Positions 1 through 10,613 of a DNA stretch of 64,000 nucleotides are shown here, piece by piece. Source of the stretch: an uncultured Acidimicrobiia bacterium (lineage in GTDB: Bacteria; Acidobacteriota; Terriglobia; Versatilivoradales; Versatilivoraceae); the NCBI GenBank assembly GCA_963786955.1, contig CAWBAT010000005.1, forward strand, positions 736,001-800,000. Reading direction: 5' to 3'. Position 1 is the first letter of the stretch. Each line of letters starts with the position of its first letter. The position numbers and the translations under genes are program-made. The notes below the pieces were generated by a model. That model had not been told where the DNA came from. It did no database searches and worked only from the letters and a program-made list of their open reading frames with translations.

Positions 1-99
1 CATTTTCTGGCTGACATGAACCGAATACCTTAGTATTGTCGCTCAAGGATGTCAGGTGAGGCAACCCGCAGAAATTGAGCTTGGATCCGTTCTTGAAAG

Positions 100-1296
100 A
101 TGAATCAACAAAAAGACAACGTCACCGGTATCCTCGGATTCCTATTCCTGATTGGGCTTTTAGGAGAATTGGATTATCAGCTCATTCCCCCGCTTCTCCC
201 TCTGCTAACCAATGACTTTCAAGTCGATCCTGGTTATGGAGGCCGTGCCGTCACGGTCTATTCATTATCCTCCGCTTTCTTTTCACTGCTATTTGGTTAC
301 CTCTCCGACCGGTTGGGTCGCAAACCATTTATCTTGCTGGGTCTGCTTGGCTTTTCGAGCGTATCATTCTTGACACGTTATGCCGGGTCTATGGAGATGT
401 TCTTTCTCCTGAGATGTTTATCTGGAATGGCAACCGGAGCTCTCGTGCCCTCCATGACTTCCTTTGCAGCTGACTATTTTCGCTATGAACAGCGCGGCCG
501 TGCCATGGGAATCCTCTCCATGCCGTATTTTGTGGCAGCGATTGTCGGGATTCCGCTCGCGGCAGTGGTTGCGAGCACTTGGGGGTGGAGGCCTATCTTC
601 CTGGCACTTTCAGCCGCCGCACTCGGCTGCGCGGCGCTCGTCTATCGGATTCTTACGGATCCTTCAACTCACGTGGAAGCTGTCGCCATTCCACAACGAT
701 TGGAGTTGGAACGCATTCAAATGGTTTGGAAGCGGATCCTCAAAAACCGAGAAACAACTTCAATCCTGCGTGGCGTCGATGCTCTCTTCGAGTGCCATCG
801 TAGGATTCATTACTTATTTGGGGAGTCATCTGGTAGCCGATCGGCATCTTTCTGTCAAACAGGTCGGTTTTGTTTATTTATTTTGCGGAGTCGCGTCTTT
901 GTTGGGAGCCCCTTTGTCGGGAATTCTTTCCGATAAATGGGCAAAGCGCCCATTCTTATTTTAAGTGGCGTCGTGCTCGCCTTATGTTTTCTCCTCATCC
1001 CTGCTCTCCCTTGGAATTTCTGGCTTTTTGGAGCCTTAGGACTCGCCGGACTAGCGATCGCATTCCGCATTGCCCCGTTTCTGGCAATCACGACAGAGCT
1101 GGTTCCCCTGAAGAACGCGGCACCGTCTTGGCACTTCGTGTGGCACTTTCGCAACTTGGAATCGCCCTAACGACCTATCTGGCCTCTCATGCCTTCCTTT
1201 ATAAAGGGTTCCGTCTCGTTGGATCTCCTGGTCGCCATGGAATTGCTCTTGTCGTCTGCCTTCGTATTCTTTTTTGTGAGTAGAGCCAGAAACGTA
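100..1296 (+). CDS. MFS transporter (frameshifted; 3' end approximate)
   Basis: MFS motif A (GYLSDRLGRK) and multiple TM helices. The C-terminal half continues in other frames (LSDKW-GKAPILIL, ERGTVLALRVALSQLG). Confidence 0.8.
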
Positions 1297-1472
1297 GTTT
1301 TCTCTTTGAGGATTGATGTAAGATCCGACAAACTACTGTCCCGGGAGAATCAAAGGATACTATCAAGATACTGTTTGCAATGAGATTCGAATTTTTGGGG
1401 GAACTTGAGAGAATCCCACTCCAGAAAAAATCATCGAACCAACGATCTTCACGACAAGAAAGGATTGCATTG

Positions 1473-3163
1473 ATGCGTATGAACAAATTTTTTCGTTCAC
1501 CAAAGACCCTTTGGCATTTTGCGGCGTGCGGGGCGTTTGGTCTTTGGATGATTCTGGCGGCATTGACCTCGAGTCTTTTCGCACAACGATTGCCCTTTCT
1601 ACAACATCCTAGATCTATGGCGCGAAAGCAGACGGGAAAACGATCAATACAGCGGCTATCAATCAAGCCATTGAAACTTGCAATAAAGCCGGGGGAGGAA
1701 CCGTGTTTATACCTGCGGGAGAATTTCGTTCGGGCACAATAGTCCTCCTCAGTAACGTCACCCTCCACCTGGATGCCGGAGCTATCCTCAAAGGCAGCGA
1801 TGACCTAAAGGATTATGTAAAGGAGAAGGAGGAGCAGTTTGGGCTCGTTCTGGCAAGAAACGCGGAGAATATTGCTATTACGGGTCGAGGCATCCTGGAT
1901 GGAAACGGGACTTACTTCATGGATCTGAACAAGAAGCGCATCGAACCTGATTTCGATGGCCAGTATACGCGCCAAGGGAAAAGCTACATGTACGGTGACA
2001 AAGAGATGGGCGATGGACCGGTGCTGCCCAAAGACCGTCCCGGCAACATGTTTGTGCTCTCCGAGTGCAGGAATATCTTGATCCGTGATGTAATCATTAA
2101 AGACAGTCCTATGTGGACCATTCACATCGCCGACTCCGCTCATATTTTTATCAGCAATATCCAAATCGACAATGGAATCAGTTATGCCAACGCTGATGGC
2201 ATTCACTTCACGACCTCGCGAAACATTCACATCTCGAACTGCGATATCAAAGGGGGAGACGATGGGATCGTAGTCAGAGGAGTCGGACCTAAGAAAGGTA
2301 TTTCCGAGAATATTACCGTTAATAATTGCACGATCCAGAGCCGGTCTAGCGGTATTCGCATTGGTAATGGCGACAATACCATGCGCAATCTGGTATTCCA
2401 GAACCTGGTGATTTATGGCTCGAATCGTGGGATTGGTCTTTTTACCCGGGACAAAGGGAACATCGAGAATGCCGTGTTCTCTAATATTACGATCGAAACC
2501 CGCCTACATACGGGACACTGGTGGGGGCATGGTGAGCCTATCCACATTTCTGCCGTTCCAGGCTTCGAAGGAGTAGAAGTCGGAGTGATCAAAAACGTCC
2601 GGTTCTCGGATATTGTTGCCAGAAGTGAGTCGGGCATTCTGGTGTGGGGCCTTCCAGAGAGTCGTATACAAAACTTGAGCTTCGATCACATCCGGCTTCA
2701 GATTCTCCCCAGTCCTCTAGCCGCTACCTATGGCGGGAATTTTGATTTGCGAAATACACTGACTTTGGAAATGGGCATTTTCAAACACGACATCCCTGCA
2801 ATCTACTGCCGCTACGTGCAGGGTCTAAAAATTCAAGATTTCGAGTTGAGCTGGGTAGACCCTCTCGCCGATTATTTGTCCCACGGAATTGAGTGTGAAT
2901 ATTTTGAAGATGTCACAATCGACGGCTTTAAAGGAAGGCAAGGAGCAAAAGCTCCCAACGGAGCTGCCATCGCTCTGGAGCATGGCAAAACAGTTTCGAT
3001 TCGCAATAGTCAGGCAGTTGACGGAACAGACACGTTTTTGCTTGTCTCCGATGTTCTGGATCAAAGGCTCTTTGTAAACAATGATCTGTCCAAAGCGAAA
3101 ATAGCCTTTCGTCCTGAGAAAGTTTCCTTTTCGAGCTTTGGAAATCTGCTGCCAAAGAAATGA
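1473..3163 (+). CDS. GH28/pectin-lyase-fold glycoside hydrolase, secreted (copy 1; N-terminal frameshifts)
   Basis: Signal peptide from ATG 1473; YNILDYGAKADG...AINQAI...GGGTVFIPAG; NADGIH and GDD motifs of the GH28 beta-helix. Confidence 0.85.
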
Positions 3164-3256
3164 AATGTGGAAGTTATTGGAACAATAAGACAGGAAACAA
3201 AAATATACTGGGGGGTGAAGCTCCGCCATTCTTCAAGACAAGAAAGGATTGCATTG

Positions 3257-4946
3257 ATGCGCATGAACAAATCTTATCGTTCACTAAAGACCCTCTGGCA
3301 TTTTGCGGCATGCAGGTCGTTTAGTCTTTGGCTGATTCTGGGGGTATTGACCGCGAATCTTCTTTCCCAACGATCTGCCCTTCTACAACATCCTAGACTA
3401 TGGTGCAAAAGCGGACGGGAAAACGGTCAACACAGCGGCCATCAATCAAGCTATTGAAACCTGCAATAAAGCCGGAGGAGGGACCGTGTTTGTTCCGGCA
3501 GGAGAATTTCGATCGGGGACAGTTGTTCTCCTCAGTAACGTCACTCTTCACCTCGATGCCGGCGCCATCCTCAAAGGCAGCGATGATTTGAAGGACTACA
3601 AGAAGGAGGGCGAGGTCCAGTATGGGTTCGTCATGGCAAAGAATGCAGTGAATATTGCCATTACGGGTCGAGGCACCCTGGATGGAAACGGGACTTATTT
3701 CATGGATCTGAACAAGAAGCGAATCGATCCTGATTTCGATGGCCAGTACACGCGCCAGGGAAAAAGCTACATGTACGGGGACAAAGAGATGGGTGACGGT
3801 CCAGTACTCCCCAAAGACCGTCCCGGCAATATGTTTGTGCTCTCCGAGTGCAGGAATATCTTGATCCGTGATGTCCTCATTAAGGACAGTCCTGTGTGGA
3901 CCATTCATATCGCTGACTCAGAGTATATTTTCATCAACAATATCCAAATCGATAATGGGATCAGTTATGCCAATAATGATGGCATTCACTGCACGACCTC
4001 GCGAAACATTCATATCTCAAACTGCGATATCAAAGCCGGTGACGATGGGATCTGTATTACCGGGTTCGGACCCAAGAAAGGTATTTCCGAGAATATCACC
4101 GTTAATAATTGCACGATCCAGAGCCGGTCCAGCGGCATCCGGATAGGTTATGGGGCCAATACCATCCGCAATCTGGTGTTCCAAAATCTGGTGATTTATG
4201 GCTCGAATCGTGGGATTGGTCTTTTTACCCGGGACAATGGAAACATTGAGAATGCCGTCTTCTCTAATATTACGATCGAAACTCGCCTGCATACCGGGCA
4301 CTGGTGGGGGCATGGCGAGCCCATCCACGTTTCTGCCGCTCCGGCCTACGAAGGAGTAAAATCTGGAGAGATCAAAAACGTCCGGTTCTCAGAGATTGTT
4401 GCCAAAAGTGAGTCGGGCATTCTGGTGTGGGGGCTCGAGGAGAGTCGGATACAAAACTTGAGCTTCGATCACATTAACCTTCAGATTCTCCCCAGTCCCT
4501 TAGCCGCTACCTATGGCGGCAATTTTGACTTGCGACCCACTCTCAGTAAAGCTTTGGCCATTTTCACGCACGACATCCCTGGAATCTACTGCCGCTACGT
4601 GCAGGGGCTTAAGATTCAAGACTTCGACTTGAGCTGGGTAGAGCCTCTGGCCGATTATTTGTCGCACGGAATTGAGTGTGAATATTTTGAGGATGTCACG
4701 ATTGACGGCTTTAAAGGGAAACAGGGCGCAAAGGGCCCCAACGGAGCTGCCATCGCCCTGGAGCACGGCAAAACGGTTTCCATTCGCAACAGCCAGGCTT
4801 TGGAAGGGACCGATACTTTTTTGCTCGTCTCCGATGTACTGGATCAAAGGCTCTTTGTAAACAACGATCTGTCCAAAGCGAAAACAGCCTTTCGTCCTGA
4901 GAAAGTTTCCTTTTCTAGCTCTGGGAATCTGCTGCCAAAGAAATAA
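3257..4946 (+). CDS. GH28/pectin-lyase-fold glycoside hydrolase, secreted (copy 2; N-terminal frameshift)
   Basis: Colinear 486-aa paralog of copy 1; NNDGIH and AGDD motifs. Confidence 0.85.
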
Positions 4947-4991
4947 AGGGCGAAAGTTATTGGAACAATAACACATGAAGCAAAAATATCA

Positions 4992-5065
4992 TGGAGGGCG
5001 AAGCTCCGCGAGGCCGCGCTTCAGCGCAGAAGACAAATGTGGCCTCGTACAACTACGGCCCTGCA
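4992..5065. repeat. REP-like imperfect inverted repeat between convergent genes
   Basis: TGGAGGGCGAAGCTCCGCGAGGCC ... GGCCTCGTACAACTACGGCCCTGCA; a left-arm remnant occurs at 3209-3226. Confidence 0.55.
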
Positions 5066-5074
5066 TTGATGAAG

Positions 5075-6653
5075 CTACTTCCCTTCCAGCCCGAAGCAAT
5101 ACACCTGGGATTTGTAATCGACTGCGTAGACACGGCCATTTGCAGCGGCCAGTCCGCTAAAGTGGACCCAGCGTGTCCATAGCATCTCCGCTCTGGTAGA
5201 GAACTTTTCCCGTCTTTGCGTCGAGTGCGTAGAGAACCGCATGGTTCGTTTTTTCTTTGCGCTGTGAAATGTTCAACTGCGTGAGACCAGGGTTCGTGAT
5301 GACACCCCCTTCCTTGGTCTGCCGCACATCCTCACCAGTCGAAAGAGCAAAAGCAATTCCGTTGGCAATTACCACCGGATCTGGAATATTGAAATCACCT
5401 GAAATCCATGCCGGCCCTAAAATGGGTGTGCTTTTCTGGGGGTCCGTGGTGACCTTAAATGCCATGACGCTGCCGTTTGGATTCGGGCCATTGCTGAGCG
5501 GAAACTGAGGAGCTAATTTGGAAACCGGTCCTTGGACTGGGACATAGACCCACGAATCACCTTGATCATCCTGCCAGGCTGAAAGTGCTCCCCAAATCCC
5601 TTTTCCTTCGAAACTGTCCTCATCATTCCCCAATCTTGGGGTCGTATAGAGCGGGGTGAAGTGGTCTTTGTCCCCCAAAAGATCTGCGTCCATTAAATAG
5701 ACAACGCCTTCTTTGGCACCCAGCGCAAGAAGATTCCGGTCTCGATGAGCGAACCACACCGGGCTAGTAGAACCTAAATCCCAGTCGTAACGATTGATCT
5801 CTCTCCAGTTCAGCGGGACGAAATAATCCACTAATTTCAGGTCCTCGAGAGACGCGGCAAGCACGGTGCTGCCATATTCATTGGCCCAAGGGTTAAAATT
5901 TCCGTCTCCGGCCGCTCCATAGACCCGCTTATTATTCCCAATCACCGGACCGCCACGCCCCCAAATGCCACCTCCACGCTTCGCGACAACCAGACTGTTA
6001 ACGGCTGGTCGATACGGATCTCGTGTGTCCATGGCATAAATTCCGGAAGGAGCGCCCCCACATCCCTGGGAAAGAGAGGTATAAACATAACCATTTATTA
6101 GATTGAGACTCCAACTCTTGGAAAAAGGAGGAACAAACTGAATGGGGCCCCACGAAATCTTTCCGGTTCCCAGATCCAAACCGTTGAGCTTTCCGTCTGC
6201 TGTAATTACGAAAATCAAATTCCGTGAGCGATCAATTACTGGAGTTGCATTCAAATTATTCGGACACAACCAATGTACTTCGTTCTTGGGGAGTGAAAAG
6301 CTGCGAAACGTTTGAGTCCAGATCACCTCTCCCGTTTGAGCATCCAGAGCAAATAAGTTACTGGCGCCTCCTCCGACGTAGACCAGGGTCTTTTCTCCCT
6401 GGGCGGTGACGACGTTGCTGGCAACAACCGGCGCCGTCAGTGATGCCAAAGCCAACGCTTCGTTTTTGACCGCTGTCTTCCATTTCAATTGAAGTTTTCC
6501 CACGTTTTCAATGGACAGAGATTTCTCTTCCATCGCCCAACCGGAGCGCTGCGGGTCGTGACCGAACATCAGCCAATCGGCTGCTTGAACGGGTTCGTGA
6601 CTCAGACTCAACAAGAGAAATAAAGGCAAAGATCTGAATAAAATCTTACGCAT
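5075..6653 (-). CDS. PQQ-binding-like beta-propeller repeat protein, secreted (copy 1; C-terminal frameshift)
   Basis: Signal peptide, ADWLMFGHDPQRSG, LFALDAQTGEVIW propeller blades. The C-terminus WVHFSGLAAANGRVYAVDYKSQVYCFGLEGK* is in a shifted frame. Confidence 0.8.
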
Positions 6654-6737
6654 GAAGAATCGCCTAATCATTAAATTCGGGTAATGAAGCAGTTGTGTCA
6701 TCATCTAGGTGGACCCGTCAAGACTACATTCAGAAAA

Positions 6738-6846
6738 CTAGTACTAACTTGCATAAGTCCGTGTTGTAGCCGGCCCCGCTGTTTAGGCCCGGGGGCAACG
6801 ACCCCGGCTACAGCAATTTACGCGAATTTGCTCAACTTAGCACTAG
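6738..6846. repeat. 109-bp CTAG-ended REP/MITE-like element (copy 1)
   Basis: Terminal IRs CTAGTACTAACTTG / CAACTTAGCACTAG with an internal TGTAGCCGG...CCGGCTACA; homologue at 46871-46979. Confidence 0.8.
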
Positions 6847-6905
6847 GGTGGATTTTTGCAAGAGATTCAAGGGATGCTGGCCCGGCGAAGGATTTGAACA
6901 AGTAG

Positions 6906-8485
6906 TTATTTCCCTTTGAGTCCGAAGCAATAGACATTGGATTTGTAATCGACGGTAAACACCCGCCCGTTGGCAACGGCCAATCCACTGAAGTGGACCC
7001 AGGAATCCATGGCCTCACCACTTTGGTAGAGGACTTTCCCAGTTCGAGCATCGAGTGCGTAAAGAACGGCCCGGCTAGTTAATTCCTTTCGTTGTTCATT
7101 GGTGAGTAGCGTGAGTTTGGTCCAATTGATAACCCCCCCTTCCTTGGTTTGCCTGACATTTTCACCAGTCGAGAGGGCAAAGACAATTCCATTGGCGATG
7201 ACGACGGGATCGGGAATATTAAAATCTCCTGAAATCCAGGCGGGTGCCAGCATTGGTTTCTTTGTGATGTCATCCAAGGCGACTTTAAATGCCATGACAC
7301 TGCCATTAGGGTTGGGTCCATTGGTTAACGGAAACTTCGGCGATCTCTTGGAAACGGGCCCGAGCACCGGGACATATACCCAGGAATCCCCTTTGTCATC
7401 CTGCCACGCAGAAAGCGCTCCCCAGACTCCCTTACCTTCAAAACTGTCTTCATCATTTCCCAGGCGAGGTGTGGTGTACAGCGGGGTAAAGTGATCCTTT
7501 TCTCCTAATGCCTCTCCATCCATTAAATAGACAACCCCTTCTTTCGCTCCGACAGCCAACAGGTTGTGGTCTCGATGGGCAAACCAAACCGGACTTGTAG
7601 ATCCTAAGTCCCAATCTAAGCGGTTGACTTCTCTCCAGTTTAGCGGAATGAAGTAATCGAGGACCTCCAGCTTCTTGAGCGAAGCGGCAATCACCGTATT
7701 GCAGTAATCATTCAGCAAAGGATTGAAATTGCCATCTCCAACGGCTGCATAGATCCGTCCATTAGTGCCAACAACAGGGCCTCCCCTTCCCCATATTCCT
7801 CCGCCTCGCTTAGAAACCAGCATGACCTCTGACTGCTGGCCGGTAAGGGTCGCGCGTATCCATAGCAAAGATCCCCGAGGGCGTTCCGCCGCAACCCTGT
7901 GAGGTGCTTGTGTAAACAATCCCATCCACAAGATTGAGACTCCACACTTTGGCAAAAGGAGGAACAAACTGGATGGGTCCCCAGCCCACCTTTCCTGTCC
8001 CCAAGTCCATGCCATAGAGTTTTCCGTCTGCCGCGATCACAAATATCAAATTCCGGAGACGATCAATAACGGGCGTGGCGTTAAGGTTGTTAGGACAGAG
8101 CCACATCCCTTCTTCCTTGGGAAGAACATAGGCTTTGAAGCTGTGGCTCCAAACCATTTCTCCACTTTGGGTGTCCAGGGCAAACAAATGATTGGAGCTG
8201 CCGGCAACATAAGCCAAAGTCTTAATTCCCTGAGGGGTCGTCACATTGCTGGCCACTAGCGGAGCCGTCAGAGAAGCCAAAGAAAGTGGCTCGTTTTTCA
8301 GAGGCAGCCTTCCACTTCAGCTCCAGACTGCCGACGTTTTCTAGCGACAGGTCTTTTTCTTCTACTGCCCAGCCCGAGCGCTGCGGATCATGCCCAAACG
8401 TCAACCAATCAGCTGCCCGCAACCGCGGCGCCCCCAGAGGGCACAACAGTATCAAAAGCAAGATTCTCTTCAGCCTTGAACCCAT
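6906..8485 (-). CDS. PQQ-binding-like beta-propeller repeat protein, secreted (copy 2; two frameshifts)
   Basis: ORF pieces 8222-8506, 7810-8280 and 6906-8015 join into a colinear paralog of copy 1. Confidence 0.8.
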
Positions 8486-8530
8486 ATCTATCCACCTATC
8501 CTCCAAATTGAATGTCTGTAACTTGATTTG

Positions 8531-8953
8531 CTAAGAACCGTTTGATTTTCGAATGGCCGCGATCCAGTCCGACAGAGCAACACCAAAAGATGGATTTGAA
8601 GTGACTGTTTGCCCCTGTATAGAAAGTCCAGCACGAGCCAAAGTTGCCAGAACTCTCGGAGCATATTCCCGTTTCTCGGGCAACAATCCGTTATAGGCTT
8701 GAATGGCTTTTTCATCTCCATGCCGGTCAACCATCAACTTCAGGATGCTCGTGCCGATGTCTATGTTCTCCTCTGGATTGAGCAGGTTTCTTTGTTCGAA
8801 ATCGAAGGATCTGGCATGGATTTTTGCATTGACTTGCATCAGGCCCAGGTCCCCTGAAGAGGAAACCGTCAGTGGATTGCCGCCGCTTTCCACTACAATC
8901 ATGGCTGAGACAATCGCCGGATTCAGCTCCTTCTCCACGCAATTTCTTGCCAC
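8531..8953 (-). CDS. Lytic transglycosylase (SLT domain); true start probably further upstream
   Basis: AMIVVESGGNP, GDLGLMQVN, NIDIG, AIQAYN SLT motifs; the frame stays open to ~9160. Confidence 0.85.
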   Translation of the reverse strand: MARNCVEKELNPAIVSAMIVVESGGNPLTVSSSGDLGLMQVNAKIHARSFDFEQRNLLNPEENIDIGTSILKLMVDRHGDEKAIQAYNGLLPEKREYAPRVLATLARAGLSIQGQTVTSNPSFGVALSDWIAAIRKSNGS

Positions 8954-9267
8954 TGCGTCCGCATAGCGTTCCTGTTCTTCTTCCGGGCGTTGAGTCTGCT
9001 TGAGAACCTGTTTTGAAATCTCACAGGCCCTGGCTATTCGGATGTTGAAGACCCCGACGGAATATTTTCGAAAGGCCAGAATCGATCCAGCACAAACGTC
9101 AAAAGGACGAGAGCAGTCGCCCAGAATTTGAATTTCTTGAAACTCCGTTTCCGCTTGGAATGGCTACGTCGATCTTGGCTGGAATTCGAGGGAGCCCTGC
9201 TTCGGGCCTACACGTCTTCTTCTTTGTCCCATGGACGATAAATGGTTTTGTCAGCCTTGAATGAACC

Positions 9268-9726
9268 TTAGGCGAGTTGATCAAATCCTTGCCACGATAT
9301 CTTGGCAGAAATTTCTTCTACTCTTGGCCAGGCTGATTGGTGTTCTTTAGATTGAGCCCAGGCAGCACGCTGTTTTTCACTTTTGAACGAAATATCGATT
9401 TCGTAGCTGCTATTCGAATCATACGTCCTCAGCAACCGGGTCCAGAGGAAGCCGTCTTGAACCTTAATCGCCGGGATGTATGCAGTTTGAAAGATCTTTT
9501 CCAGTTCCGGCCCTTTCCCGGGCTTCACTTCGATAGAGATGTGGAGTTGGACAGGATTCGGTGCCTTATCGGTAACCCCTTTATTTAAGCCAAACAAACT
9601 GCTGACCATGCCTTTATCGACGATGGTCGCGGCAACTCCCATCCCTACAATTTTCGCAAGCTTTCTTCTTGAGGTGCGCACCGAACGCCAAGAGTCGGGA
9701 GAGGGGTCAGTGGGTTTAAGTCCCAT
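9268..9726 (-). CDS. ABM (antibiotic biosynthesis monooxygenase-like) domain protein with Tat-like SRR motif
   Basis: VKPGKGPELE...QDGF...F.SE.....W..S.EH dimeric alpha-beta barrel pattern; N-terminal SRRKLAK plus a hydrophobic stretch. Confidence 0.65.
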   Translation of the reverse strand: MGLKPTDPSPDSWRSVRTSRRKLAKIVGMGVAATIVDKGMVSSLFGLNKGVTDKAPNPVQLHISIEVKPGKGPELEKIFQTAYIPAIKVQDGFLWTRLLRTYDSNSSYEIDISFKSEKQRAAWAQSKEHQSAWPRVEEISAKISWQGFDQLA

Positions 9727-9832
9727 ATATGCGGTCTCCTTAGCTTTTGAGAACTAAATTCGTGAAAGTATACCGTCACAGTGTAACAAACGGAAAGAAA
9801 AATGAATCCAGGTGAGATCAAGGATGGGAGGC

Positions 9833-9873
9833 TAAAGCAAAAAGCCCTTCATCTCTGAAGGGCTTTTTGCTTT
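9833..9873. terminator. Rho-independent terminator (symmetric)
   Basis: TAAAGCAAAAAGCCCTTCA-TCTC-TGAAGGGCTTTTTGCTTTA hairpin with A/T tails, downstream of the minus-strand ORF 9959-10294. Confidence 0.8.
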
Positions 9874-9958
9874 ATTCTAAATTGAAGGATTTAATTCATC
9901 ATTCGGTAGCTGCCGTTGAAGGGGCTCGGCATTCAATCATTGTGTACCAAGTCCTTCA

Positions 9959-10294
9959 TTAAGCAGCAAGTGACGGTTTCAACTCAGCCGAGAGTTTGGG
10001 GAATCTACGAACAATATTTTCGAGAACATGCTTCGACAAGTGATGAAGCTCACTTTCGAGGTATTTGTCGCCCTTTTTCACAAAGAATTTCAGGTTCTCT
10101 TTATCTCCATCACGTTGTTTAATTACAACCCACTGGGTCTTTGCACTCGGTTCAAATTCATAAATATCCACTCTCGATTGGGCCAGGGGCAATGAGATGC
10201 TTCCCACATAAATAGCGCGGCAAGGGACATCGGAGTAAACCGAAAAATTCATATCGTGGCCACCGTAGTAAAATCTACATTCCCTCAATTCCAT
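9959..10294 (-). CDS. Hypothetical protein
   Basis: 111-aa ORF with AAGGAGG RBS upstream and a terminator downstream. Confidence 0.65.
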   Translation of the reverse strand: MELRECRFYYGGHDMNFSVYSDVPCRAIYVGSISLPLAQSRVDIYEFEPSAKTQWVVIKQRDGDKENLKFFVKKGDKYLESELHHLSKHVLENIVRRFPKLSAELKPSLAA

Positions 10295-10613
10295 GGCGCC
10301 TCCTTGATTCAGAAATCCAACCTCTTTATATTCAAGAAATTGATGAAAAACTCAGGAACCTGTGTTGACTTATTCGCATCAACTATTATCCTCATATAGA
10401 ATACAGATGCATATTCTTGGCCAAAGGCTTCAAATCTATTTTACGATATTCATTTTTATTTGATTGGAATCAGAAGGTGATGGATACAATTGATGTGTTC
10501 AGTAGTCGAATATTGATTATGAACATCTTATCGAGAGGAACGGTTGTCCAAATTAGCCTGAACATCATGCAATCAGATATTGTGAATTCTTTCTCATTGA
10601 GAGGAGGTTCGGT

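Larger units (their letters stand above)
1446..5008 (+). repeat. Tandem duplication, unit ~1.78 kb (1446-3227 / 3230-5008)
   Basis: Shared upstream TCTTCAnGACAAGAAAGGATTGCATTGATGCG and downstream GAAGTTATTGGAACAATAA...GAAGCTCCGC in both units. Confidence 0.9.

Noticed and set aside
1590-3400. Programmed frameshift at equivalent N-terminal positions of both GH28 genes
   Set aside because: The indels differ between copies, no slippery motif is evident, and background indels are frequent.
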